Of a stretch of DNA of 64,000 bases, positions 14,983-30,699 are shown in pieces (the stretch's first letter is position 1; each line of letters begins with the position of its first letter). Under the pieces are notes generated by a model. It had not been told where the DNA came from and did no database searches. It saw only the letters and a program-made list of their open reading frames with translations. A program made the translations under genes and the position numbers. The stretch is from the human T2T-CHM13v2.0 reference genome, Homo sapiens: NCBI RefSeq assembly GCF_009914755.1, contig NC_060944.1, one strand, 5' to 3'.

Positions 14983-15454
14983 TTCCCGCTGCTTTTCTTC
15001 TCTGGCCCCATTCAGTAGCACAGTGATGCTGGGCACTATCTAGCACTATGTGCCAAGCCCTGTGCTGTGATCTTCATTCACCCTCATGGGATAAGGTTTG
15101 CCACGTCCAGGCTGCAGACAAAGCTCAGATGCCCACAGCTCATACAAGGATTCAAACCAACCTCTGTTTCTCCAAAGGCTTTGGGCTTAAACACTACTCA
15201 GTGCTATTGAGGAGCAAAAAGAGGAAGGACCATGACTGAGACCAAAAAACTGGAATTTGGGCTGTCTGGGTAATTCCCCAATTCCTGCCTCACTGTATCT
15301 CTGTTCCTGTCTACACAGCCCTGGCTGGAAGAATATACAAAATGTCAGCTTGCTAAGGTTGCAGTCTCTCTGCATTATTTCTCTGGTGAAGCTGTGCTCT
15401 TATCAATATATTACCAACAGCAACAGCTGGGTCCTCATGAAATTACGGATAAAG

Positions 15455-15934
<480 letters not shown>

Positions 15935-16179
15935 CTATCACAACTAACGCATGGCCCTGCGTAACCCAAAACAGGAGAGGAACCTTTGGGCCCTGCCCAT
16001 AAAGACAGAACCATTTCCTCCTATATTTGCATTTTTTCCTTTGAAAATGCAGACAGTTTCCTGCATTGGCACACCGGCACGACCACAAAATAAAATAGGG
16101 AGACATTTGATTTAGGCAGAAAGTTCAAGTTTACTTGCACCATCCCAAGGCAGTTTTGAAGCAAGAAGGAAAATGGCCT

Positions 16180-16370
16180 GTGCCAGGCACTGCACCAGGA
16201 GCTTCCTCTGGGAGCTATAATTGCATTCTCACAACGACTCTGTAAGGCAACTGTAATTCTCCCCATCTTCTACATAATGAAACTGAGCCTTGGAAAACTT
16301 ACATGATAGTTTACCCAGAACTGAATTAGAACCCACAACTCTGTGAGTCCAAGACCAGTATTTCTCCTAC
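16180..16370 (-). mobile_element. MIR
   Basis: CCCCATCTTCTACATAATGAAACTGAG antisense core. Confidence 0.7.
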
Positions 16371-16886
16371 TACAGCGCCCCATGGTTAAACAGCCACATT
16401 ATCCAGCCAGAGTATATCATCACGCACCATCAACAACTATCTCAGGAAATCTGGTGTATCCACCGTTTGCTAATGCACACAAGTAAGCTCATGGCTGTGA
16501 GTCACTATCAGGCAGATAACTTTTTTTAAAAGCCCATTAAAAACATTTTTAAATAACCTAAACTTTTACAGCTCAAGATGGTAAATTGAGCGCACACTTT
16601 GTGAGGTCCAGTTAAAATTCTGAGGTCCAGTTAAAATTGTGATAATGGGTTTTTAAAAATAAAACCCAGTAACAGCAAAGCAAATGGAGTGGAGGAAGCC
16701 TTAGCAGTTAGTGAGAGTTCAACACATTTTGGGAAGACAGTAAAAGGTAGAAGGGGGGTTAGGGGAACTGCAGGCAAGAACCTCGCAGGTGGCGCTGAGG
16801 TGGAGGAGGCCCACTTGCCTGGCAGAACCCTGCAGGGCCAGGAGGGGCAGGGACAAGAAGTAAGCTGAGCACTGGAGGAATAAAGC

Positions 16887-17060
16887 TGTAGTTCTCAACC
16901 CTGATTGCACAGGCGAATGTGTGGAGAGCTTTGCATGGCAACAGTGCCTGGATGCTACCTTACGGATTCTGATTTAATTGGTCTCAGGTGCAATCTGGGT
17001 GTTGGGAGTTTTAGAAGCTCCCCAGGTGATTCTAATGTGCAGCCAGGGTGAGAACCACTG
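16887..17060. mobile_element. MER5A (hAT-Charlie MITE)
   Basis: GTAGTTCTCAA...CTCCCCAGGTGATTCTAATGTGCAGCCAGGGTGAGAACCACTG. Confidence 0.85.
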
Positions 17061-17295
17061 GCTGAAGGTCTGTATGGAAACCAGTGTTTCCCCCACCCCC
17101 ACCAGCTTACAGCTTTACCTCGAAGCAAAGAAGAGTCTACTTTGAGAAGCACTGGCAATGTAGAAAAAGAAATAGACTATCCTATATTTAACACTTTGGT
17201 GAATGCTGAATACTCACATAATCACAATAGTATAAATGTCAGTTGTTGGTTTCTAACTTTCAGCCTTCCCAAATAGATGCATAAAAATAGTTTCA

Positions 17296-18022
<727 letters not shown>

Positions 18023-18040
18023 AATGGTTTTAGAACATAG

Positions 18041-18437
18041 TACAGTTGTAGCTTGATTAATGATGAGGATATACTCTGAGAAACGTGTCACTGGGTAATT
18101 TCGCCATTGTGCAAACATCATAGAGTGTACTTACACAAACCTGGATGGCATAGCCTACTACTCACCTGGGCTATATGGTATAACCTATTGCTCTGAGGGT
18201 ACATACCTATACAACATGTTATTGTACTGAATACGGTAGGCAACTATAACACAATGGTAAGTATTTATGTATCTAATATATATCTAAACATAGAAAAGGT
18301 ACAGTAAAAAAAGTATGGTATAAAAGATGAAAAAATGGTACACCTGTATAGGGCAGCTCCATTATAATTTTATGGGACCGCTGTTGTATATTCAATCTGT
18401 CATTCACCTAAACATTGCTATGAAGTGCATGACTACA
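18041..18437. mobile_element. Tigger3/MER7-type DNA transposon
   Basis: CATAGAGTGTACTTACACAAACCT..ATAGCCTACTAC; TA-flanked ends. Confidence 0.85.
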
Positions 18438-18969
18438 TGTAAATAATTTTAATCTGACTATATAAAATTAAAGAACTCTCCCTGCACTGCTGAATCAGAA
18501 GCCTTATAGGCAGGACACAGCCAGGTATACATATATTTTAACATTCTGATACACAGCCATGGTGGAAAGAAACTGACTTATTGTTATCATTTTCCTCCTC
18601 CATAAACTATTTTCCAAACTAGGTATTATGGAGTGTCCCTCTCAATCTGCCCCCCTCACTCAGGCACACACCCCAAGCACAGGCATGTGTGCACACATGC
18701 ATGTACAATGACATCTCAAATTTCCCATATCGTTAGGTGAGTTCAGCCTTTCCCCTGACTTGAGGCTCATCCATTCTTCCATCCACCACCACCATTCCTG
18801 CCAGGCTCCCTTCTGACCCCCCGAGGCCATTATCACCAGCAGGCCCATGGCTTTGACACCAACTATCTCCACCTCCCAAACCAGCCACTTGCTGATGCTC
18901 CACCTCTTCTGGTAGAAGTTTCAACCTGAGCCTTGAAGGCCCTCTGAGAAATAACACCAGTAGCACAGG

Positions 18970-19880
18970 TGTGATAGGCTCCACAGATGGCCCTGACTCT
19001 TCACCTTTCCCTTTGCCATGTGACTTTGCAGCTCCTCCCACTAGAGCAGCACAGGACATTTCCCACCCTCTTCACATCAGGTTTGGTCGTGTGACTGGTT
19101 TGGCAAATGGACTGTGAGCAGGGGCAACATGACTGACAGCCTGGAAATTCTTGATGATTGGGCATGAAACTTGGCCATCATAGGAGCACTCCCCCAGGTG
19201 GCTGCTTCCCCTTCAGTCTGAGTTCCAGATGGACACAGGAAAAGCAGATCCAAGATGAAGAGGAGCCAAGCCCAACTAGATCCAGATCAGGAAGTAGAGC
19301 TATGCTATTGACTGAGTTGTGCACTGCCAAAATTTATACATTGAAGTCCTAACCCCCAGTGTGATGGTATTTGGAGATGGACCCTTTGGAGGTAATTAGG
19401 TTTAAATGATGTCATGATGGCAGGGACCCCACAATGATATTCATGTCCTTATAAAAAGAGAATGAGAGCAGAGCTTTCTCTTTCTCTCCTCTGTGTGAGG
19501 ACACAGCAAGAAGGGGGCCATCTCCAAGCCAGGAATAGAAAGCCTTCATGGGGAATTAAATCAGCTGACACCTTGATCTTGAACTTCCCAGCCTCCAGAA
19601 CTGTGAGAAATAAATTCCTGTTGTTTAAGCCACCCTGTCTATGGTATTTTGTTATGGTTGCTCAAGCTAACTAATACAAGTTGCCAGCCAAGACCGTTTA
19701 AACCAACTCCCAGATGTATGTGATCCAACCCAGCCAAGACCAGCAGAGCCACTCAGCCAAGATCAGCCTACCCCCAGCCAACCCACAAACAGATGAGCTG
19801 AATGAATACTTATTGTTGTGCACCCCAGAAGTTTTGTAGTTGGGAGCTATGTAGCATACATGGCAATTTTTAATTGGTAT
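18970..19880 (+). mobile_element. old MLT1 LTR with nested MLT1A (about 19303-19678)
   Basis: TTGAAGTCCTAACCCCCAGTGTGATGGTATTTGGAGATG...CTTCCCAGCCTCCAGAACTGTGAGAAATAAA...CTAATACA. Confidence 0.8.
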
Positions 19881-19884
19881 ACAT

Positions 19885-20020
19885 AAACTCCAAATTCTGT
19901 GAAGGCAAAGACTCTGTCTTGTTAACTGTTATATATTCAGCACCAAGCACAGTGTCTGCCAAATAATACTACTAAAGAATAATTATTGAGTGAATTGATA
20001 AATGAACAAATAAATGAATG
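19885..20020 (+). mobile_element. L2 3' end
   Basis: GAAGGCAAAGACTCTGTCTTGTT..GCACAGTGTCTG..TGAAT tail. Confidence 0.7.
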
Positions 20021-20077
20021 CATGACAACCAAAGGAAAACACTGGAAGAGCTCAATGCCTATTTCGTGTGCTGGTTT

Positions 20078-20910
<833 letters not shown>

Positions 20911-21716
20911 CAGCCAACATGCTTAATGCACTCTATGTGGCGAGTCCCCAGAGCAGAGGTGGCTCACCCACCACCTGTCATTTTCTAGAACAGCTGTAGC
21001 AATGGATGAATTAAAAAGGGTGTGACTCTTTCTGGAGTGTGACATCTTTGCTATGCTACCAATGGTCAGTATGTGTTGTCCTCAGGAAATGAAGGGAGAG
21101 GGGATGGAGGTGGTGGGGAGGAGAAAGAACAATATCAGCCCTGCACAATATCAGCCCTAAATTCCGGAAGTGCCATGTGGAGGGTTTTGTTCAAGCCTGG
21201 CTTCTCCATAATATGTTTTGACGGGTTTGAAATTGGCCTGATGCAGGCCAACAATAAGAGGAGAGTTGAGCTTACATAGCAGAAAATCTATACTCTCTAG
21301 ACACGTGCTTACTGCAGGAGAATCCAAGGTATTGACCTTCAATTCAGCTCCCACATGAGCTGATGCTGAGATAAGGGGAGCTCATCTGTTCACCCTCCCA
21401 GGCACTTCCAGGCTCACAGCCTTAGCCATGGCTTTGTAAGTCACTAAATGGGCCTTTATTGACTATTGGGCCTTTATTGACACCTCCAGGACAGAGGAAG
21501 CTTATATCATTGGGCCCCGCTTCTTCCTCCCTACATCAGTGATGCCTGAAATTCCTTTGAAAGAAGCTTAAAATGCAAATGATGCTAGGAGAGAGAAATA
21601 CTGGATTTAAATTCACAGTTTACACCTCTAGAGATGTGGTCTCTCATCACACTATCTCCGCACTCTACACCTTCCTCCCTTCCACACTGCACCCCCAGGA
21701 AAAGAGGGCACCCATT

Positions 21717-21784
21717 GTATTATTCCTGGTTCTCCAGAGAAACAGTACCTATAGGAGACGATAGACAGATTAGATAGATGGATG

Positions 21785-21818
<34 letters not shown>

Positions 21819-22110
21819 CAGACAGGCAGAGACAGACAGATAGATACGCAGGCAGGTGGAAACAGATGAGAGAGAGAGAGAGAGAGAGATGTGAAATTTA
21901 TTATAAGGTATTGGTTCATGCAATTATGGAGGCTGAGAAGTCCTAAAGTCTGCCACTTGCAAGCTGGAGACCCAGAAAGCCAGTGGTGCAGGTCTAAGGC
22001 CTGAGAGCCAGAGAGCCAATGGTATAGATTCCAGTCTGAGTCTGAAGGCCTGAGAACCAGGAGCACTGAGGGCAAGAGAAGATTGATATTTCAGCTCAAG
22101 CAGTCAGGCA
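21717..22110 (-). mobile_element. MLT2 LTR, truncated
   Basis: GGTTCTCCAGAGAAACAG..ATAGGA; ATTATGGAGGCTGAGAAGTCC; GTCTGAAGGCCTGAGAACCAGG. Confidence 0.85.
21760..21889. repeat. compound STR with (GATA)8 core at 21785-21816, GACA units and (GA)n
   Basis: direct reading. Confidence 0.95.
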
Positions 22111-22321
22111 GACTGCTTCTGCTGAACTGTGAACACAATTAGAAATATCCAGAAGATGCAGTTGCAAATATGGAGAAGAGGTCCAGAGAGTTTGTCAGAT
22201 AAAACTTTCTTCAAGGAACTAAGTGACTTGTTACTATACAGTTTAAGATCTGCAACATCAAGCTTTAGAATTTAGACATTTTATGCCATAGGAATATTCT
22301 GAACCAAAATTTCATTCATTG

Positions 22322-22976
<655 letters not shown>

Positions 22977-23109
22977 CCACAGTGTCCATTTGAACCCACA
23001 TTGCCAATTTGGTTCTGTGCCAAAGAAACAAATAGCAAACTTCTCAGTTATGTGCAGAAATGTATTTTAGGAAGTTAGGCATAATAATAACAACAGTAGT
23101 AGTAATAAT

Positions 23110-23340
23110 AATAGTATTTTAGCATGTATTAAGCACTTTCTGTGTATTAGCACTATACTAAGCCTCTCGCAAACATTATCTCATTCATTCTTTACACTAA
23201 CCCCATGATCTAGGAATTATTTTTCTCTCCAGGTCCAGGTTAGGAAACAAATTACAGAGGTTAAGGAACTTGCTCAGGGTTGTCCAGTTCTTGGTAACTG
23301 AGCCTAGAAACAAGCACAGGATGGTCTGAGCTCAGAGCCT
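23110..23340 (-). mobile_element. MIR
   Basis: ATTATCTCATT..AGAGGTTAAGGAACTTGCTCAGGGT. Confidence 0.7.
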
Positions 23341-23504
23341 AAGTCTTAGCATACAGGAAAACCAGACAGAACCGGGTGTGCCGGGGAATGAGAGACCAGG
23401 AATTCACAGCCAATTCAAATCTGTTCCACATAGATGGGCCCCCATCTTTGTTAAGTGAAATCATCCAATATTAGACTTCATTGCCCTCAGAGATGAAAAT
23501 AACC

Positions 23505-23945
23505 AGGGCTCCCCCAAAACAGATGCTAAGACAGAAATTTAGGTGCAAGTAGGTTATTTGGGAGGTGATTCCAGGAAGGCTGCTGGGGGGATGGGGAGGC
23601 AAGCTGGGGAAGTGAGACAGGGAAGAGAAGGAAACCCCTATGAGGCAGACGAATGAGTGCTTCACTACTGTGGGCAATGGGCTTGCGCCCAGTGGGGACA
23701 TCTGGGTGACTATGTCGAACACACCTCAGAGTTGTCCCACCCAAAGGCCGAGGAAGCTACGTTATTTATCCACCCACTCCTGTCTGCCTATGGTCCAGGG
23801 CCCCTCCCTGTAGCATTCATTTCTGAGCACTTCGGGCCTGTTGTTTGCTTATGCTGTGCAGGTTCTCTACCTGACACAGGCACTGGCATGTGCAAGGGTG
23901 GTGAGGGCAAGGGGACATGGGTGGGCCCTGACAGTGTTTGCTTCA
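23505..23945 (-). mobile_element. LTR16-like ERVL LTR
   Basis: GTGCAAGTAGGTTATTTGGGAGGTGATTCCAGGAAG. Confidence 0.65.
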
Positions 23946-24521
23946 CCATATATGTCTCCAGAAGGTGGTTTTGGCTTCAAATTTGATGATCATTTCATCT
24001 TCTCACAAAGCCATCATTCTAAGAAAATTGCTCCAGCCAAGGGCTTGGAATTATGAGAACTGGAGGTAGAATATCTCTCTTCTCCTAGACCCCTCCAGGT
24101 GTTCACCTGTGAGAAAGGAGAGGGTTAGACACCCTCTGCATGAGACGTTGTTTGGCACCAAAGAGTCAAAGTCCATGCTGTAGACTTCCCAAGGCGCTAA
24201 CTTCTGCTTGCCTCCCTCATCAGCATCTCTAAACTTCTGAGGGGCTGGGACAAATGGGCAGGTGAAACAAACCAGCGGACATATTCAAGGCAGGCAGGGA
24301 GTGGATTGGATACACATATTTCTTTTTCCTGAGAGAGGAGTTAAAAGCCCGTAGTGAAAGAATGAAGTGATAAACAGTATGGTCAGGGATATTTTAGCCT
24401 TGGAAATCCAGATGTAAGATATTATGAGTATGTTTGCTACATTGATTTGCTCCACTTTTTAGCACTTAAAAGGGAAAATGAGCTTTATATCACATTATAA
24501 CTGACTGTGTAGTGTCGAGGG

Positions 24522-24569
24522 GTGTGTGCGCGTGCGCGCGCGTGTGTGTGTGTGTGTGTGTGTGTGTGT
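24522..24569. repeat. mixed (CG)/(TG) alternating purine-pyrimidine tract
   Basis: GTGTGTGCGCGTGCGCGCGCGTGTG... Confidence 0.95.
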
Positions 24570-25359
24570 CTTATGCATAATCAAGAAAGACTCAAGAGTT
24601 TATAAAGACCGAGAGGGCAGGCATGAAATATGTCATAGACATATTGAAAGTGTGCTACTACCAAATATATTGCAAGCCAAATTTATATTGGAACCAAACC
24701 TGAATTCTGATTTTTGTTCCTTTTAACCAAAATAAAAAACTTTTCAACATTGAAAGCTTTGATGGAATCCCCATAGAAGGAATTTAGATGAAACTAAACA
24801 TAATCTTCATTTTCATTTTAAAATTTAAATTGGGTGCTATATTACAAAGATATATTCCACAAAATACAATTTCAATGCCAAATCATCCAAGAATATGGGA
24901 AAGGTGATCTTCTAAAGGTTTGGGTTTTTTATTTTCTCCTGGAGCACTTTGTCTAGATAAGGTTGATTCCTGCCTTCTGTGACTATGATTTCAAATATGA
25001 CTTCTCTGAACTTTATACCCTTATTTTGAAGGAAAGCATTTTAAGAGCAAAGGATAAAATTCAATTAATTGAGATGACAGAAAATAATCTATTAAGTGAA
25101 TATATCAGGCAATTGGAAGCTTTCATACCTTTCAAAAAGGAAATAACCTATTTCTTGCCTTGTTATCTAATGACACAGGAGTTTATTTCTCTTGAAGCTG
25201 TTACAAATCTACCTAATGAGGCCTGAACACTGTTGCCAAGCAATTAGAGTTTTTATTGTGTCACTGATTTCCTTCATTTCCGCAGTCGCTGATAATCATT
25301 AGCCAATACTGTCTCCGTCTAAGAATGCACAGCGTGCATATGTGTGTCTGTGTGCATAT

Positions 25360-25361
<2 letters not shown>

Positions 25362-25392
<31 letters not shown>
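25362..25392. repeat. (CA)n microsatellite
   Basis: direct reading. Confidence 0.95.
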
Positions 25393-25393
<1 letters not shown>

Positions 25394-25486
25394 TCAGCCT
25401 GCTGAGAATGCCTGTGGGGGAGACAGCCTCAGACAGTTACAAAATTTGTAAATTTCTGCACATCTTATTTGTCACTCATAAACAAC

Positions 25487-25858
25487 AGAGTCCAGCAGAA
25501 GTGACTTCCAAGGCCAGGTCGTAAAAAGTAATGCAGTTTCCATCTTAGGAGCTGGAATACCTGCTCTTACAAAGTTCAGCTGCCACTGCAGCCCAAGGGC
25601 CCAGAGGCCCCCATGTTGTGAGGAAGCCCAAACAAGCCCATGCAGATGACCACATGGAGAGAGAAAGAAATTCCTGGCCGTCTCCATCTGCTGTGCCAGC
25701 TCCAGCCACCTACTGATGGCAACCACATGAAAGAAGACCCCAGCAGAAACTTCCCAAATTCCGGACCCACAGAAACCATAAATAGGAATAAAATGGTAGT
25801 TGGAGATTAAGCCAGTAAGTTTTGGCATGCTGTTGCACAGCAATACATAACCAGAACA
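25487..25858 (+). mobile_element. MLT1F/G-like LTR
   Basis: CCATGTTGTGAGGAAGCCCAA; TAAGTTTTGG..CAGCAATACATAACCAGAACA. Confidence 0.75.
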
Positions 25859-25921
25859 CTACATCCTAGAGCCTGAGTATGATTAGACTATTTCTCTATA
25901 CACATTCCTTCTCTTAACCTA

Positions 25922-26351
25922 TGCAGCAGATGTTATCAGTGCTGTCTACAGCCCCCTGACATTCATCATTTCCATACCAGCTGTCAACTTCCTACGGAAA
26001 GCTACTGTCACTCTTTGCCTGGGGGCTTTCCTGGCTCAGCCCATGTGGCCAGTGAGGGGCAGGAATGAAGTACCAGGGAGTTATTGACTCCAGAGAAGCC
26101 CTTAATTAATGGAAATGGAAATTTCTAGATAAGTAGCCCAACTCTTACCTCTCAGATGGAAAACTCCGATGCATGTTCACACCATCTACAGAGGTGCTGC
26201 ACCTTCTCCCCAGCTGCTCACAGCAGCCTGATTTGCTAACACCTATCATGGGCTGCTCTGCCTGCTCTCCTCCCTACTGGTGCTTCCTGGCAACATTTGT
26301 CTGCAAATTCTCACCTCAGGGGCAGCTCCAGAGGGAATGAAGACTAAGACA
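25922..26351 (+). mobile_element. LTR16-like ERVL LTR
   Basis: TG start; ends CCTCAGGGGCAGCTCC..CTAAGACA. Confidence 0.55.
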
Positions 26352-27479
26352 ATGGGGAACCAGGCTGAAGGGCAGTTGGATCAACCAGCTCCTCAACTGC
26401 TGCTTCAAATCCCATGAAGAGTGGAAGGGACACTCAGAGTGGAGCCTGAACTGTGCCCCACCTGAAACTAGATTCAGAAGGGGAATAAACACCCTCACTC
26501 ATTCAGATGTATTAGCACCAGGAAGATGTACAAGCGAACATCAACACAATTGACAAATCATGCACATGTCCAGAGTGGGTAATTTTGCCACATACAGCCA
26601 TTCCCCTTTCTTGCTCCAAATTTTGAAAAATTTTGGAGTTGGTAAGGATGTATTACATACTGACTGTATGCCTAGAGCTCTGTGAGACAAGAGTAACAAT
26701 CGTGAGAGAAAAGGCACACCCCAATGTCACAGCACTAAGAATGCAGTCAGGGAAGCAGTGAGTTGTATTCACAGCAAAGCCACAGAGATGGCTCACAGCG
26801 ACTCGGGTGAGAGGGTTGCAGAGAAGCAATCTCCACGCTGAGTGGTAATATCAGGGTAGTGATATCACTCATCTTCCCATTCCTAGGGAGCTGCTGTGCT
26901 TGGTGGAAGAGGACTTAACCAGCCAAGCTTGTGGGAACCCAAGCTATTTGCTTGGTACCTGACTGCAGAGGACACCGGCATGGTAATTGCCATTCGTGGA
27001 GTGCCTCCTCTGTGGCAGGCAGTGTTCAAGGGCTTTTATATGCAAGGTGGTGGCACTTTATGCAAAGGGTACTGTTCCTGAAGAAATCACATAATGCAAA
27101 GCTGCATGATTCAACATAAATCCCAAGGAAGGAGGTACTTCTGATCACCAGCCATGTGGCAACATCATAAACCAGTACACAGTTCATTCGACCTATCAGC
27201 TTTGAAATGACCCAATTCTAGATTAATTTTTATTTCATGGAGACTTGCATTGTTTCAAATTTGCAGCAAAAATATAAAATAACTAACATTGTATATAATA
27301 CTAAATTCTCATAAAATATATCGTTATGACATAATCGTCATCTTCATGATTCTCCTAATAATTAAAAGCTAATATGTGTTAGTTAACGTTGCCATTCACT
27401 CATCACATAGTAATTCATAAAGAGCATCATGTTTTTAAATACCATAAGCCAAGCAGAGATGTTAACTCAATCTGCTACA

Positions 27480-27650
27480 AAGTAAATGTTGCCATTATTT
27501 CGTTTCGTAATTGGGGAAAACTGAGTCACAGCGAGGTTAAGTAACTTGCCTACAGTTACACAATTGATAGGTGGTGGAAAACTGGGACTCCAGGCCAGGC
27601 AGTCCGGCTCTAGAACCTATTACGCTCTCCACCACCAGGCTCTACTTCCT
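27480..27650 (-). mobile_element. MIR
   Basis: GAAAACTGAGTCACAGCGAGGTTAAGTAACTTGCC. Confidence 0.8.
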
Positions 27651-28414
27651 CATTCAAACCTTACAATGGCCCTAGATGGACATATTGCATGAAATAACTG
27701 AGACTGGAGTGGTTTAGCCAGAATTCCAACCTGGTTCTATCCAGCTGTAAAACCCACATGCCTGCATTCAGCTCGGCTGCATCCTGCCAGCATCTTATTT
27801 CTTGGCTGTATCAGGACCAAGATAGACTTATTCCAGCACACATCAAAGCTGACCTTGTCAACTCAGATACTTTTAATTCAATATAAAATAGAAAAATGCA
27901 GGGAAAATCCGTTTTTACCATGAAACTTGATAAGAAGCAGGAAGACATAGTGGTTGGTGACCTTATACCAATAATAGCACACATTTATTAAGTCCCTACT
28001 ACAGACCAGGCACTGCCCTGGGAACCTTCTGGATGTTAGCTCCGTGAAGCCATATCACAGCCTAACGAGGTCAGCCCTGCTGTTCCTCCGGCCGTGCAGT
28101 TATCTCAGAGAGGCAAAGAGGAATGGAACTGGGAGGGTCTGCAGCTGTTTCTCTTAATAGACTGCTCTCATTGGGTCTCTCCTCAACTCATAAAGGTGCA
28201 AAGCAGCTCGGATCACGATGGGGAGGAAAAACAGGCAGGAGAGGTAGGTTGCTCAGAGGACGGCAACAGCAGTCCTTAGAATGCCCAGAGGTGAAAGCAG
28301 AGAAGATGTTTCCTTCACTAGTTCCCAGAGGCCCCAGAAGAGCTCAAGAGTTCCAGGTTAGGGATACCCTGTGAGCTTCCCGGAGGGCGGGCCCATCAGA
28401 GCCCATCAGAGCGC

Positions 28415-28428
28415 CCACTAGAGGGCAG
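28415..28428 (+). promoter_or_regulatory. CTCF-binding motif
   Basis: CCACTAGAGGGCAG matches core CCASYAGRKGGCRS at every position, in unique GC-rich sequence. Confidence 0.6.
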
Positions 28429-28845
28429 AAGTGAGCAGAGGGGAATGAGGCTGGCACAAAAGGCACTGGGAGGGTGGAGGGAGAATGGATGCTGGTACAG
28501 TGGCCAGAGGGGACTGGGAAGTGAGGAAAATTGCCATGGTCCAGGTGAGGTATGAGAGTCCTCAGGGACCTCCTGTGTCTTTGGGACCTGGTTTTTCTGG
28601 AACTTTGAGAGACTGTGGCTCATTAAGGACTATTAGTTACTCTGATAAGCGTAATGGTGCATGCCGTCTTAAGGGCTGATTTTGCTGTCACTTAATTGAA
28701 ATTTATCCCAATACATCTTCATCAGAACATTTGGAAATGGAACGGGCAAGGCAGCCCCACTGAGTGTATAGCAAAAGTGTGGGCTGAAAACTGGTAATCC
28801 ACACATAGTGTAAAGAGAACGTGCTATGTAATTCTCACTAAGGTA

Positions 28846-29140
28846 CTGCCCGGCACGGGAGCTATAGAGCTTGGCCCAGAGCCCCTTACCAGCTGCTGGG
28901 AGTGTTGGCTGCTAGGGATCTCAGCTGCCTCCCTCACTGCAGAATTGTCCTCAGGCCAAAAGGGAAGCTACTTACCCAGGAGGTTATGAGCCCATCCCAT
29001 GCGCGGCCAGAGCCCAGTGACCACACCTTACAGGGCTCATAGATGCCTCAAGGGGCATGAACTCCACAGTGCAATTCACACTCCAGAGCTCCCCAGGGGG
29101 CTGGAGCTAAATCCCAGGCACAGATCATAGCTTTGCATAG
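28846..29140 (+). mobile_element. LTR16-like fragment
   Basis: GCTGCTGGGAGTGTTGGCTGCT..CTCAGCTG; CACTCCAGAGCTCCCC. Confidence 0.5.
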
Positions 29141-29507
29141 CATTAACTGATGAAGTAGAAATGACATTTCCAGTTACCCAGCAGGGAGGGGTTTTTGAGG
29201 CCTACTCTCCATAGGCTGGTTAGTTCCAACTAGACAATACTTTAGAAATTAGCCAACCCATTTTCATCAAGGGTGGAATCCTGTGTGAGGCACTAAAAAC
29301 CTAGAAACCACCCAATAAGTTAGGTAAAGCATCCACATACAACAATAAAGTACTACACAGATGGTGGAAATCTGGATATAGATGTAGATATCTCCTGGCA
29401 TAGGAAGTACAAATTCAGGCTGTAGAGCCATGTGAATAGCATGGCCCCTTTATTTTACATTGATTGATTGATTTACTTACACACACATACACACACACAC
29501 ATACACA

Positions 29508-30000
29508 GTGTCTTAGTGATTGTGGTTCTTCCCAGATCAGGCTGAGACAAGGGCTTACATGTACATGGTCAGTGTATTTTGGAAAGAGACCACAGAAACG
29601 GGAGAGGGAGGCTAGAGAAGAAAGAGACAGAGAAAGAGGGATCATCACTACTGTGAACATCTGGGCCTAGGCCTATTTGGGACTCTCTGGAGCACTATGT
29701 AGACAGCCTTAGAATCATTCGCTTGAGGAACAGGACAGGGGCATTTTTATCCACTAGATATAGGCCCCATTGGTCAAGAGTTGCCCTATGAGGTGTTCAT
29801 TCCTTTTCCCTTCCAGCGATCACCTGCACTGGAATGGTGGTGAGTGCTCCATCCTGCAGTGGCAGGGGTGCCCTGAGGCATACAGCAAGAGATAGGCAGG
29901 GGAGGTGGAGTTATACCTGCACAGCTGGTGGCCATGGCAACAACTGGAGTTAAAAGATGGGTCAAGGGGCTATGAAGAGGGCACAGGAGGTATACAATCC
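29508..30000 (-). mobile_element. LTR16-like ERVL LTR
   Basis: TGTCTTAG..CTGAGACAAGG terminus. Confidence 0.55.
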
Positions 30001-30699
30001 ACATAGAGAAGTGTCAGGAAGGATATTTACCAAACTGTTGACGACAGTCATCCCTGAGAAGGAGGATTCTTTCTCTTCATTATGCTTTCCTGAACAGTTT
30101 AACTTTTTTCATAAAACTATACAACTTTTTGCAAAAAAAAAAAAAAAAAAGCCATATCAAAGAAGAAAACATCCCATTTGACTCCCTCATTTTACAGGTG
30201 AGTGATTCACATTTGGAGCAGGGCTCATGGACTCGTGGCTGGGAGCTGTCTGCAGTGTGAGCACAGTACTGTGGCCCCGCCAGCCCTGGGAATGTAAAGG
30301 CTATTGCCTACACAGCTGCAGCTCAGAGTGGACCATGAACAGACCAGGTAGTGCAGCCCCATGAGGAGCAAAGATGATGGGGCAGGAAGTCCAGATCCAG
30401 ACAATAGCCACACACCCCTGCCCCCAATCCTGAGGAAATCGCTATTCTGAATGCCATCACCAAGTAGTTTTGCTTGAGCTTGAACTTCATTATTACAGGT
30501 CAATTTCCCCAGGAGGCAGAAGCTGAGTTTTTTTAGGCAATGCTCTTGGTATCAACACCTGTGAGGTGTGAATGAAGCAGATTGAGGCTGGACTCTGGAC
30601 TGGAATGAGGTCTCAAGGTATCAGGTGATCCCATCAGGACCTCCAAGCTGTTGGAACAAGGGAGCTGACTTTATGCCCTGCACTGACGAATCATTGCGG

